A stretch of DNA of 64,000 bases. It comes from Actinomycetota bacterium. Lineage in GTDB: Bacteria > Actinomycetota > Thermoleophilia > Gaiellales > Gaiellaceae. The notes under the pieces are model-generated. The model made no database searches. It was given only the letters and a program-made list of their open reading frames with translations, and was not told where the DNA came from. Below are positions 49,442 through 56,980 of the stretch, one piece after another. The DNA lies in assembly GCA_005885245.1 (NCBI GenBank), contig VAWR01000059.1:12077-76076 (forward strand). The letters are read 5' to 3'. Positions within the stretch are counted from its first letter, which is position 1. Each line of letters opens with the position of its first letter. A program made the position numbers and the translations under genes.

Positions 49442-50829
49442 ACGACATCCGCCCGCTGCTGCGCCGCACGGCCGAGCTGGCGTCGGATTACCTCGAGTCC
49501 CTCGAGCAGCGGCCGGTTTTCCCGCACGTGACGGCAGACGAGCTGCGGCAGTCCCTGGGCGGCCCGATGCCCGAGTCTCCGCAGGAGCCACAAGAGGTGG
49601 TCGAGCTCCTTGCCCGGGACGCCGACCCCGGGCTCGTGGCCATGGGGAGCGGCCGCTACTTCGGCTTCGTCATCGGCGGCGGGCTCCCCGCGGCGCTCGC
49701 AGCGGACTGGCTCGCGTCCGCGTGGGATCAGAACGCCGGCCTCTACGTCGGGGGTCCCTCGGCCTCCGTCGTCGAACAGGTCGTGCGCGACTGGGTCTGC
49801 GACCTCCTCGGCCTGCCGGCGGACGCGTCGATCGGCTTCGTCACCGGAACGCAGATGGGTAGCGTCACCGCGCTCGCAGCCGCGCGGTTCCGCGTGCTCG
49901 AGCGCGCGGGTTGGGATGTCGGACGGGACGGCCTCTTCGGCGCGCCGCGCGTACGGGTTCTGGTCGGGGCAAAGCGTCACGTCACGATCGACAGGGCGCT
50001 GCGCCTGCTCGGGCTCGGCACACCCGAAGCCGTCGCCGCCGATTCGCAGGGCCGGATGGAGGCGGCAGCACTGCGCCACGCGCTCGCCGCCGGTGAGGGG
50101 CCGACGATCGTCTGCGCACAGGCCGGGGAGGTCAACACCGGCGCCTTCGATCCCTTCGAGGAGATCGCGGCCGCCGCAGCCGAGCACGGCGCCTGGCTCC
50201 ACGTCGACGGGGCGTTCGGCTTGTGGGCCGCAGCGAGCCCCGAGCTCCGCGGGCTCGTCCGGGGCGCGGAGCGGGCCGACTCGTGGATCACCGACGCGCA
50301 CAAGTGGCTGAACGTCCCGTATGACTCCGCCCTCGTCCTGTGCTCCGACCCCGAGGCACACCGTGCAGCGATGACGACAAGCGCCTCGTACCTGATTCAG
50401 GACGACACCGGCACGGTCTACGACCAGGTGGATTGGGTGCCGGAGTTCTCACGCCGCGCTCGCGGTTTCGCCGTCTACGCGGCGCTACGCGCACTCGGCC
50501 GGAGCGGCCTGGTCGAGCTGATCGAGCGGACGTGCTCGTGCGCGCGCCGCTTCGCAGCGGGGATCGTCGAGCTCCCGGGCGCCGAAGTGCTGAACGAGGT
50601 CGTCCTGAACCAGGTCCTCTTCCGATTCGACTCCGACGAACGAACGGACGACGCCTTGCGGCGGGTGCAGGAGGCAGGGGATGTGTGGATGAGCGGCACG
50701 ACGTGGAACGAACGGCGCGCGATCAGAGTCTCGGTCTCGAACTGGCAGACCGACGACCACGAGATCGACCTGGCGCTCGGTTCGTTCCGGCAAGCGGTTC
50801 AGGCACCGGCCCACGTACCGGCTCGGTAG
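49438..50829 (+). CDS. Pyridoxal phosphate-dependent decarboxylase (group II, fold type I)
   Basis: The ATG at 49438 overlaps the upstream TGA (ATGA). It has the HVDGAFG and DAHKWLNVPYD (PLP Lys) motifs. The upstream part of track ORF 48829..50829 is out of frame with the CoA-transferase. Confidence 0.8.
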   Translation: MNDIRPLLRRTAELASDYLESLEQRPVFPHVTADELRQSLGGPMPESPQEPQEVVELLARDADPGLVAMGSGRYFGFVIGGGLPAALAADWLASAWDQNAGLYVGGPSASVVEQVVRDWVCDLLGLPADASIGFVTGTQMGSVTALAAARFRVLERAGWDVGRDGLFGAPRVRVLVGAKRHVTIDRALRLLGLGTPEAVAADSQGRMEAAALRHALAAGEGPTIVCAQAGEVNTGAFDPFEEIAAAAAEHGAWLHVDGAFGLWAAASPELRGLVRGAERADSWITDAHKWLNVPYDSALVLCSDPEAHRAAMTTSASYLIQDDTGTVYDQVDWVPEFSRRARGFAVYAALRALGRSGLVELIERTCSCARRFAAGIVELPGAEVLNEVVLNQVLFRFDSDERTDDALRRVQEAGDVWMSGTTWNERRAIRVSVSNWQTDDHEIDLALGSFRQAVQAPAHVPAR

Positions 50830-51656
50830 ACCTGACCCTCCAGGCGGCGACCGAGAACACCCTCCAGCCACTCCGAGGTCGTGATGAGCGCGTCCAGGTC
50901 GATGCCGGTCTCGATGCCTTCACCGGCAAGTAGATAGACGAGATCCTCCGTTGCGATGTTCCCCGTCGCGCGCGGCGCGTACGGGCAACCGCCGAGTCCG
51001 CCGCAGGAGGCGTCGAACAGCGTCGCGCCGCCCTCGAGCGCTGCAAAGGCGTTGGCATATCCGGTGTTGCGCGTGTTGTGCAGGTGCACGCCCCGAGCGC
51101 CGGTACGTTCGAGCAACCCGCGCACCTGGCTCGGGGTTGCCACCCCGATCGTGTCGGCCAGGACCACCTCCGTCGAGGCGAACTGCGCTGCGATCTCGGC
51201 GACCACTCCTGGATCGACCCTCCCCTCGAAGGGGCAGCCGAATGCGACGCTGATCGTCAGCGTCACCGGCAGCTGGGACCGTCCGATGACTTCGGCGGCC
51301 GCAGCCAGCGCCTCGTCGAGCGATTGGTTCGCGTTGCGGCGGCTGAAGCTGTCGGTCGCCGCAAGCGTGAAGTTCAGCCGGTCGAGTCCGGAAGCAGCGA
51401 GCCGCTCGTAACCCTTGACGTTCAGCGCAAGGCCGGAGTACTCGGTCCCGGCTCGTCTGTCGATCGCCACGACAACCTCTTCGGCACCCGCCATCTGGGG
51501 GACCGCGGCTGCGCGGACGAAACTGGCCGCCTCGACACGCGGCACTCCGGCTGCCGCCAGACGGTTGACGAACTCGGCCCGCGCCGCAGGCTCGAGCGTT
51601 TCCGGTTCGTTCTGCAGACCGTCTCGCGGCCCAACGTCGCAGATGGTCACGCGCAT
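50799..51656 (-). CDS. Hydroxymethylglutaryl-CoA lyase
   Basis: It has the VTICDVGPRDGLQNE N-terminus, the HLHNTRNTGYANAFAAL motif and GGLGGCPYAP. It overlaps the convergent decarboxylase by 31 nt. Confidence 0.85.
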   Translation of the reverse strand: MRVTICDVGPRDGLQNEPETLEPAARAEFVNRLAAAGVPRVEAASFVRAAAVPQMAGAEEVVVAIDRRAGTEYSGLALNVKGYERLAASGLDRLNFTLAATDSFSRRNANQSLDEALAAAAEVIGRSQLPVTLTISVAFGCPFEGRVDPGVVAEIAAQFASTEVVLADTIGVATPSQVRGLLERTGARGVHLHNTRNTGYANAFAALEGGATLFDASCGGLGGCPYAPRATGNIATEDLVYLLAGEGIETGIDLDALITTSEWLEGVLGRRLEGQVYRAGTWAGA

Positions 51657-51660
51657 GGAC

Positions 51661-52158
51661 TCAGGCCGGACGCTCTAGCTGCCGAAGCATTTGTCCCACC
51701 TCGTCTGCGAGCAGCTCCGCTACTCGGACGTCCTCGTCCTCGAAGCGGCGTCCCTTCTCGCCGTAGACCTCGACGAGGCCCCAGGCGCCGTCGTCGGTCT
51801 CGATCGCGACCATCAAGAGGGAGTCGTAGCCGAGCTCTTTCAGCAACCGGACCTCGCTCGGATCCGCCTCTGGATCGCCCTGAAACACCGTGTACGGTCG
51901 GCGCTCTTCGATCACGGCGCGTGTCAGCGGGTAGTCGGAGATCAGATAGCCGTGGCCGAGACGGTCCGCTTTTCCGGACTTCTGGTGCTGCATTAGATCG
52001 ACGAGCAGATCGCCGATCACCCGCGAGATCGTGCACGCCGGCGCATCGAAGATCTCGACGAAGGTCCGCGCCGTCCTCCCGATCAGCCCCGCTACCGACG
52101 TCTCAGCGCGAAGGAGATCGGTCGCGGCGGCAAGCGCTGCGGGCTGGTCGACGCTCAC
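51661..52158 (-). CDS. GAF domain-containing protein
   Basis: The 165-aa single domain looks GAF-like (VEIFDAPACTISRV ... LMVAIETDDGAWGLVEVY). It sits immediately upstream of the HMG-CoA lyase. Confidence 0.65.
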   Translation of the reverse strand: MSVDQPAALAAATDLLRAETSVAGLIGRTARTFVEIFDAPACTISRVIGDLLVDLMQHQKSGKADRLGHGYLISDYPLTRAVIEERRPYTVFQGDPEADPSEVRLLKELGYDSLLMVAIETDDGAWGLVEVYGEKGRRFEDEDVRVAELLADEVGQMLRQLERPA

Positions 52159-52178
52159 ACGCCGATCTTACGGAGGCG

Positions 52179-52583
52179 TCAGTCGTCGAAGCCGCTGGCG
52201 TCGACCTTGTCGGGCTCGATCAGGACCTTGACGCGCTTCTCCTGCGGATTGCGCCACGGGTACTCGTCCTTGCCGATGTACTTCTTGGACAGCTTGTCGA
52301 TCTGCGCGTCGGCCCCCTCGTCCGTGAGCTCGACCGGGCCACTCACCGACACCCATTTGTACGGATCGTTCGGATCGACGACGAGCAGAGAGGCGCGTGG
52401 GTCGCGGGCCAGATACGTGGGCTTCGCGCGGCCGTGCGCCGTGTTGAACGAGACCTTGCCGTCCTCCACGTCCACCCAGACGATGGTCGAATGCGGCGAG
52501 CCGTCCGGCCGCAGTGTCGTCACGGTTCCGACAAACGGGTTCTCGGCCAGAAACCGCCTCTCCTTCTCCTTCAGCTTTGACAT
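52179..52583 (-). CDS. PPOX-class (pyridoxamine 5'-phosphate oxidase-like) probable F420-dependent enzyme
   Basis: The ATG at 52583 is preceded by GGAGGTGAGGAG. FLAENPFVGTVTTLRPDGSPHSTIVWV is typical of the split-barrel PPOX/F420 class. Confidence 0.7.
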   Translation of the reverse strand: MSKLKEKERRFLAENPFVGTVTTLRPDGSPHSTIVWVDVEDGKVSFNTAHGRAKPTYLARDPRASLLVVDPNDPYKWVSVSGPVELTDEGADAQIDKLSKKYIGKDEYPWRNPQEKRVKVLIEPDKVDASGFDD

Positions 52584-52641
52584 CTCCTCACCTCCGGTTG
52601 TCCCCACGCAGTAACGTCCTCAGGCGTTAGCGTGTTCCCGG

Positions 52642-53298
52642 ATGAGCGTCCTCCTACCCGTCGGCACGAAGAAGGGCCTCTTCCTCCTCCGCGGCGGAGA
52701 CGACCACGGAGCCTGGGACGTCGAAGGACCGCTGCTTCCGCGCTGGTCGGTCTCCCACGCCATGGTCGATCCGCGGACGCCGAGGTCTGGCTAGGAGGCG
52801 ACCCGGGCGTGTTGTTCCGCTCCGACGACCGCGGTGCCACCTGGGAGGCCGGCGCGACCCGATCGCCTCTGGCAGCAGAATCACTGCGGCGTCTATCGCT
52901 CGGACGACCGCGGTGACAACTGGGAGCGTCTGGACGGCAACGGCCTGCCGTCCGGTTTCGGCTTCGGGCTCGCGCTCGATCCGGAGGATCCGGACGTCGC
53001 GTACGTGATTCCGGAGGAGTCGCAGGAGTACCACTACACGGCCGACTACACGGCCGAAGACAGGCTCGGCGTGTACCGAACCGGCGACGGCGGAGCGTCG
53101 TGGGAACTCGCGGCGAACGGACTCCCGGACCGAGCCTGGGCGGCCGTGCTGCGGGAGGGCTTCGCGTCCGACGGCGGCAGCCCGTACTTCGGGACGCAGG
53201 GTGGATCGGTGTGGACTTCCCCGCGCGGCGGCGGTCGCTGGACCGAAGCAGCCCGCGACCTGCCGCCGATCCTCTCGGTCGAAGCAGCGCACGTCTGA
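52642..53298 (+). pseudogene. Decayed BNR/sialidase-like (WD40/YVTN/BNR repeat) gene
   Basis: The N-terminus MSVLLPVGTKKGLFLLRGGDDHGAWDVEGPLLP ends at a TAG (52792..52794). A WLGGDPGVLFRSDDRGATWE segment follows in another frame. RLWQQNHCGVYRSDDRGDNWERLDGNGLPSGFGF ... LPPILSVEAAHV then resumes in the first frame. Intact homologs that I recall are about 350-380 aa, whereas this locus spans only 219 codons. Confidence 0.6.
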
Positions 53299-53299
53299 G

Positions 53300-53575
53300 G
53301 TGGCAATCGTCCTGCTGCCCGCGACGCTCGCCGCAGAGGCGGGCGGGCAGAAGCGATTCGAGCTGCAAGCGGCGACGGTGGGCGAAGCGCTGCGCCAATT
53401 GCCGGTGGCAAGCCTGCTCTTCGACGAGGCGGGCGAGCTGCGCCGGCTGATCAACGTGTTCGTCGACGGAGCGGACGCGAGAGGCGGCCGACTCCTCGAC
53501 GAGCCGCTCAGCGCCGACTCCGAGGTCCGGGTCGTCGGGGCCGTCGCCGGCGGCGAACCGGGCAAGTGGCTCTGA
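53300..53575 (+). CDS. MoaD/ThiS family ubiquitin-like small protein (di-glycine followed by a 6-residue tail)
   Basis: GTG at 53300, 1 nt after the BNR remnant stop. It is 91 aa with a beta-grasp pattern (VLLPATLA ... NVFVDG ... EVRVVGAVAGG-EPGKWL). Confidence 0.65.
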   Translation: MAIVLLPATLAAEAGGQKRFELQAATVGEALRQLPVASLLFDEAGELRRLINVFVDGADARGGRLLDEPLSADSEVRVVGAVAGGEPGKWL

Positions 53576-53587
53576 GCCACAAAGTCC
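53563..53587. repeat. Direct repeat copy 1, containing the 15-bp palindrome GTGGCTCTGAGCCAC
   Basis: CAAGTGGCTCTGAGCCAC (18 nt) is identical to 53958..53975, and 5 of the next 7 nt also match. It encodes the last codons and stop of the MoaD-like gene. Confidence 0.85.
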
Positions 53588-53590
53588 GAC

Positions 53591-53899
53591 TCAGCGCCCC
53601 GCCTCCCTGATCCGATCGGCCACGTCGTACGCGTTGACGACTCGCCCTCGGTGCAGGTCGAGGTAGGCCTCCCCCAGGATCCGACGAATCTCTTCGCGCC
53701 GTCTGCGTTCGGCGTCCTCTTCCTCGCGATGAGCCACGATCAGCCGGCGGAGATGGACGTAGCTCGGCTTGGGTAGGCCAAGTTCAGCCGCGGTGGCCCC
53801 GACCCGGCGCGAGATCTCAGCCATCGGCTCTGCCCTGTCGTCGAGCGCACGCACCGCCAGGAGGATCTGCGGGTCGTACCGGGGCGCGATCTGAACCAC
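53591..53899 (-). CDS. Hypothetical small protein with possible helix-turn-helix
   Basis: The 102-aa ORF has an HTH-like segment (MAEISRRVGATAAELGLPKPSYVHLRRLI) followed by an Arg/Glu-rich helix. I recognise no family. It is bracketed by the direct repeats. Confidence 0.5.
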   Translation of the reverse strand: MVQIAPRYDPQILLAVRALDDRAEPMAEISRRVGATAAELGLPKPSYVHLRRLIVAHREEEDAERRRREEIRRILGEAYLDLHRGRVVNAYDVADRIREAGR

Positions 53900-53957
53900 G
53901 ACACAAGATTCCTACGACCCGAGCGCCGTCTGTGTCCCGATTCGGTACCGAAATGCA

Positions 53958-53982
53958 CAAGTGGCTCTGAGCCACGAACTCC
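53958..53982. repeat. Direct repeat copy 2, containing the 15-bp palindrome GTGGCTCTGAGCCAC
   Basis: See copy 1. It lies 59 nt upstream of the small minus-strand gene and ends 1 nt before the GTG of the plus-strand HExxH gene. Confidence 0.85.
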
Positions 53983-54612
53983 GTGCCGCTCAATCCCATC
54001 CGGGTCCTTGCCGATCCTTTGTCGGTGCGGGCCATTGCGGTTTTCCTCGTCGTCGTCGGCGCGCTCTCGGCGCTCGGCTTCGCGCGCCACGAGCAGCGTG
54101 CTCGTGAGCAGGGCCAGCTCGCCGCGATCGCGAGCGATCTCGCGGGACGCAGGATCGGCGTCCACTGTCCCGGCTTCCTCTCGAGCCTCGTCGACACGCA
54201 CGGCGAGGCGGGGCGCGTCCGCTTCGACGCAGCGGGCCGGCCCGCGGATCACACCGATCTGTCCCCGCAGACTTGCAAGGCCCTCCGGCATCTCGGCCAC
54301 GTCGACTTCACGTGCATCGACCGGGGCGATTGCGGCTTCACGCAGTTCGACGCCGCCTGGGCCGCACATACGCTCGCGCACGAGGCGTTCCACCTACGCG
54401 GCTTCCAGGACGAGGGCGTGACCGAGTGCTATGCGCTCCAGAACACCGCGTTCGTCGCAGAACGCCTCGGGGTCCCGGCCCTACAGGCAGCGAAGCTGCA
54501 GGCGTGGATCTACGTCAGGGGCTACCCGAACGAGCCGGAGGAGTACCACTCCGCGCGGTGCTATAGCGGCGGCCCGCTGGACCTCCGCCCGAACGTCACG
54601 AAGTTTCCCTAG
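53983..54612 (+). CDS. Membrane-anchored hypothetical protein with HExxH motif (possible zinc metallopeptidase)
   Basis: It has an N-terminal TM helix (AIAVFLVVVGALSALGF), an HEAFH motif and several Cys residues. I recognise no family. Confidence 0.5.
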   Translation: MPLNPIRVLADPLSVRAIAVFLVVVGALSALGFARHEQRAREQGQLAAIASDLAGRRIGVHCPGFLSSLVDTHGEAGRVRFDAAGRPADHTDLSPQTCKALRHLGHVDFTCIDRGDCGFTQFDAAWAAHTLAHEAFHLRGFQDEGVTECYALQNTAFVAERLGVPALQAAKLQAWIYVRGYPNEPEEYHSARCYSGGPLDLRPNVTKFP

Positions 54613-54614
54613 TC

Positions 54615-55643
54615 CTACTTCACCACCGTAGGGATGTTCTTGATCTTGCCGCTGATGATCTCGGCGCGGATCTTGTTGACCGCGGCCACCTCGGACTTCG
54701 GCACCTTCGGGCTGATCTTGCCCACACCGACACCGTTCTGCTTCAGGCCGAAGACCATGTTGCCGCCCTTGAAGGTCCCGTCGACGACGCTCTTGATCGC
54801 CAGGAAGACCGCGGCGTCGACTCGCTTCACCGCGCTCGTCAGGATGTGCGGCCCGAGGAACGACTGATCGGCGTCGACGCCGATCCCCCACACGTGCTTC
54901 TCCTTCGCGGCGTCGAGCGCGCCGAGCCCGCAGGCACCCGCGACCTGGAAGACGACGCCGGCACCCTGCTCGATCTGGTTGAGCGCGATCTGCTTGCACT
55001 TCGCCTGGTCGGTGAAGTCCTGCGAGTAGCCGTTCACCACCTTGATCCCGGGATCCGCGGCCTTGGCACCTGCCTGGTAGCCGGCGATGAAGCGATCGAC
55101 GGGCGGCTGCTTCTCGCCCCCGACTGAGCCGACCAGGTCGGGACCGGGACGGCGCTTCTCCTCGAGTCCGGCGAGGTAGCCGACGAGGTAGCCGGTCTCC
55201 TGCTCGCGGAACAGCAGCCCGAGCAGGTTGGCCGGCTTGTGTGCCTCCTCCGTCTGGTCGACGTCGACGATGGCGAACTTCGACTTCGGGAAGTTCGTCG
55301 CCGCAGTGTCGACGGCCGTCGCCTCCGTGTAACCCACGGCGATCGTGAGGTCGTAGCCCTTCCGCGCCAGCGTGGTCATGTTCGGGAGATAGTCCAGCTG
55401 CGCGTTCGAGTGATAGACCGCCGGCTGGACGCCGAGCTCCCGTTGTGCGCGCAGGAGGCCCACGTAGGACAGGTGGTTGAAGCCGCGATCGTTCAGACCG
55501 CTGACGTCGGGAACGAGCCCGACCTTGAACTTCTTGCCACCCTTCGTCGTGGTGCCGGCCGAGGGCTTCGTCCCCCCACCGCCTCCACCGCAGCCGGCGG
55601 CCAGGAGGACGACGACGCCGAGGAGTACGAGCGATCTCTTCAT
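54615..55643 (-). CDS. BMP family (PnrA/Med-like) ABC transporter substrate-binding lipoprotein
   Basis: It has a signal peptide with a lipobox (LLAAGC) and a BMP pattern (KVGLVPDVSGLNDRGFN ... FAIVDV ... GIGVDADQ). Confidence 0.85.
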   Translation of the reverse strand: MKRSLVLLGVVVLLAAGCGGGGGGTKPSAGTTTKGGKKFKVGLVPDVSGLNDRGFNHLSYVGLLRAQRELGVQPAVYHSNAQLDYLPNMTTLARKGYDLTIAVGYTEATAVDTAATNFPKSKFAIVDVDQTEEAHKPANLLGLLFREQETGYLVGYLAGLEEKRRPGPDLVGSVGGEKQPPVDRFIAGYQAGAKAADPGIKVVNGYSQDFTDQAKCKQIALNQIEQGAGVVFQVAGACGLGALDAAKEKHVWGIGVDADQSFLGPHILTSAVKRVDAAVFLAIKSVVDGTFKGGNMVFGLKQNGVGVGKISPKVPKSEVAAVNKIRAEIISGKIKNIPTVVK

Positions 55644-55687
55644 CGAGGAGCCTTTCCGCTAAGGTTTGCGACTATGGGGCGAAAACC

Positions 55688-56395
55688 ATGAGCGAGGTTA
55701 CCAGCGCGCACCCCACTCATGTCACGCTGGCCGTCGTCCTTCAGGTCAGAAGGGGCGAGTTGCAGGTGCTCCTCTGGCAGCGCGCGCGGGAACCTTTCCG
55801 GGGGGCCTGGGCACTTCCGGGCGGGTATCTGAGCGCCGGCGAGACGCTCGAGCAGTCGATCCGTGCTCATCTCGCGGCCAAGGTCGACGTGCGCGAGCTC
55901 TCGCATCTCGAGCAGCTCGAGACGCTCAGCGATCCCGACCGGTCTCCGAAGGAGTGGCAGCTCGCAACCACGTATCTCGGTCTCGTCCCGAGCGACCTCG
56001 ACCCCGAGCTGCCGGGCGACACCGACTGGCAGCCCGTCGACGATCTTCCCAGGCTCGGCTTCGATCACGGGTCGATCGTGCTCGCCGGCCGCGAGCGCCT
56101 ACGCGCGAAGCTGTCCTACACCAACCTCGGCTTCGCACTCGCACCGGCCGAGTTCACGATCTCGGAGCTTCGCGATCTCTACGCCGCCGCGCTCGGGCAC
56201 GACGTCTCGGCGACGAATCTCCAGCGGGTGTTACTGCGGCGAGACGTGCTCGAGCAGACCGGACGACGACGCGCGTCCGGGCCGAGCGGAGGTCGTCCCG
56301 GATCGCTCTTCCGGTTCCGCACGAGCGAGCTGGAGATCACGGATCAGTTCGCCGTGTTGCGCCCGCCGGGACCTGCGCGCGTGCCCGTCGCGTAA
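55688..56395 (+). CDS. nrtR: NrtR-type transcriptional regulator (Nudix-related N-domain plus C-terminal winged helix)
   Basis: It has a Nudix fold with a degenerate Nudix box (GAWALPGGYLSAGETLEQSIRAHLAAKV, catalytic Glu residues missing). The C-terminal region (FTISELRDLYAAALG ... NLQRVLLRR) is typical of NrtR. Confidence 0.7.
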   Translation: MSEVTSAHPTHVTLAVVLQVRRGELQVLLWQRAREPFRGAWALPGGYLSAGETLEQSIRAHLAAKVDVRELSHLEQLETLSDPDRSPKEWQLATTYLGLVPSDLDPELPGDTDWQPVDDLPRLGFDHGSIVLAGRERLRAKLSYTNLGFALAPAEFTISELRDLYAAALGHDVSATNLQRVLLRRDVLEQTGRRRASGPSGGRPGSLFRFRTSELEITDQFAVLRPPGPARVPVA

Positions 56396-56443
56396 TTCTC
56401 GGGGCATGGACTCCAACCCGTACCCAGCTCGTAGAGTCAGAGC

Positions 56444-56980
56444 GTGGCGGCCCGCCGAGGCGACGAGCGCGCCTGGATCCGCGGCGCGCAGCAGGGATCC
56501 GTCTCCGATCTCGAGGCGCTGTTTCGGCACCACTGGCCAAAGGCGTACCGCGCCGCGTACCTCGTCGTCCACGACTCGGGAGCTGCAGAGGACATCGCAC
56601 AGGAGGCCTTCCTCGCGGCGGTGCGCGGGCTCGACCGCTTCGATCGCCGCCGCCCGTTCGGCCCCTGGCTGCACAGGATCGTCGTCAACCGCGCGATCGA
56701 CTGGTCGCGTGCGCGGGCGCTCCGGCGGGAGTCGGGCAACGCCGCCCTCGAGCTCGTCGCCGCACCTGCCGCTCCGGACAACCCTCACGCTCAGACGCTC
56801 GCTGCCGCTCTGGCAGGTCTGTCGCCCGAGCATCGGGCCGTGATCGTCCTTCGCCACCTGCTCGAGTACACGCCGGGAGAGATCGCCGAGGTACTCGGAC
56901 TGCCCCGCGGCACGGTGAATTCGAGGCTCCGCCGCGGCCTCGACGAACTGGCCGCTCGCTTCGGCGAGGAGCTCGAGTGA
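56444..56980 (+). CDS. ECF-type RNA polymerase sigma-70 factor
   Basis: It has region 2 (AEDIAQEAFLAAVRGLDRFD ... FGPWLHRIVVNRAID) and region 4 (LSPEHRAVIVLRHLLEYTPGEIAEVLGLPRGTVNSRLRRG). Confidence 0.85.
   Translation: MAARRGDERAWIRGAQQGSVSDLEALFRHHWPKAYRAAYLVVHDSGAAEDIAQEAFLAAVRGLDRFDRRRPFGPWLHRIVVNRAIDWSRARALRRESGNAALELVAAPAAPDNPHAQTLAAALAGLSPEHRAVIVLRHLLEYTPGEIAEVLGLPRGTVNSRLRRGLDELAARFGEELE

Noticed and set aside
56408-56433. Possible autoregulated ECF promoter (GGACTCCAAC ... CGTA) upstream of the sigma gene
   Set aside because: The spacing between the AAC and CGT elements is about 12 nt rather than the usual 16-17, and the -10 would sit about 10 nt from the start codon. The match is not convincing.
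55666-56979. N-terminal part of the 814-aa track ORF 55666..58110 (+)
   Set aside because: It overlaps the NrtR-like and ECF sigma genes in other frames and has Arg/Pro-rich shadow composition. Only the portion from ATG 56980 has a TM helix and propeller repeats.
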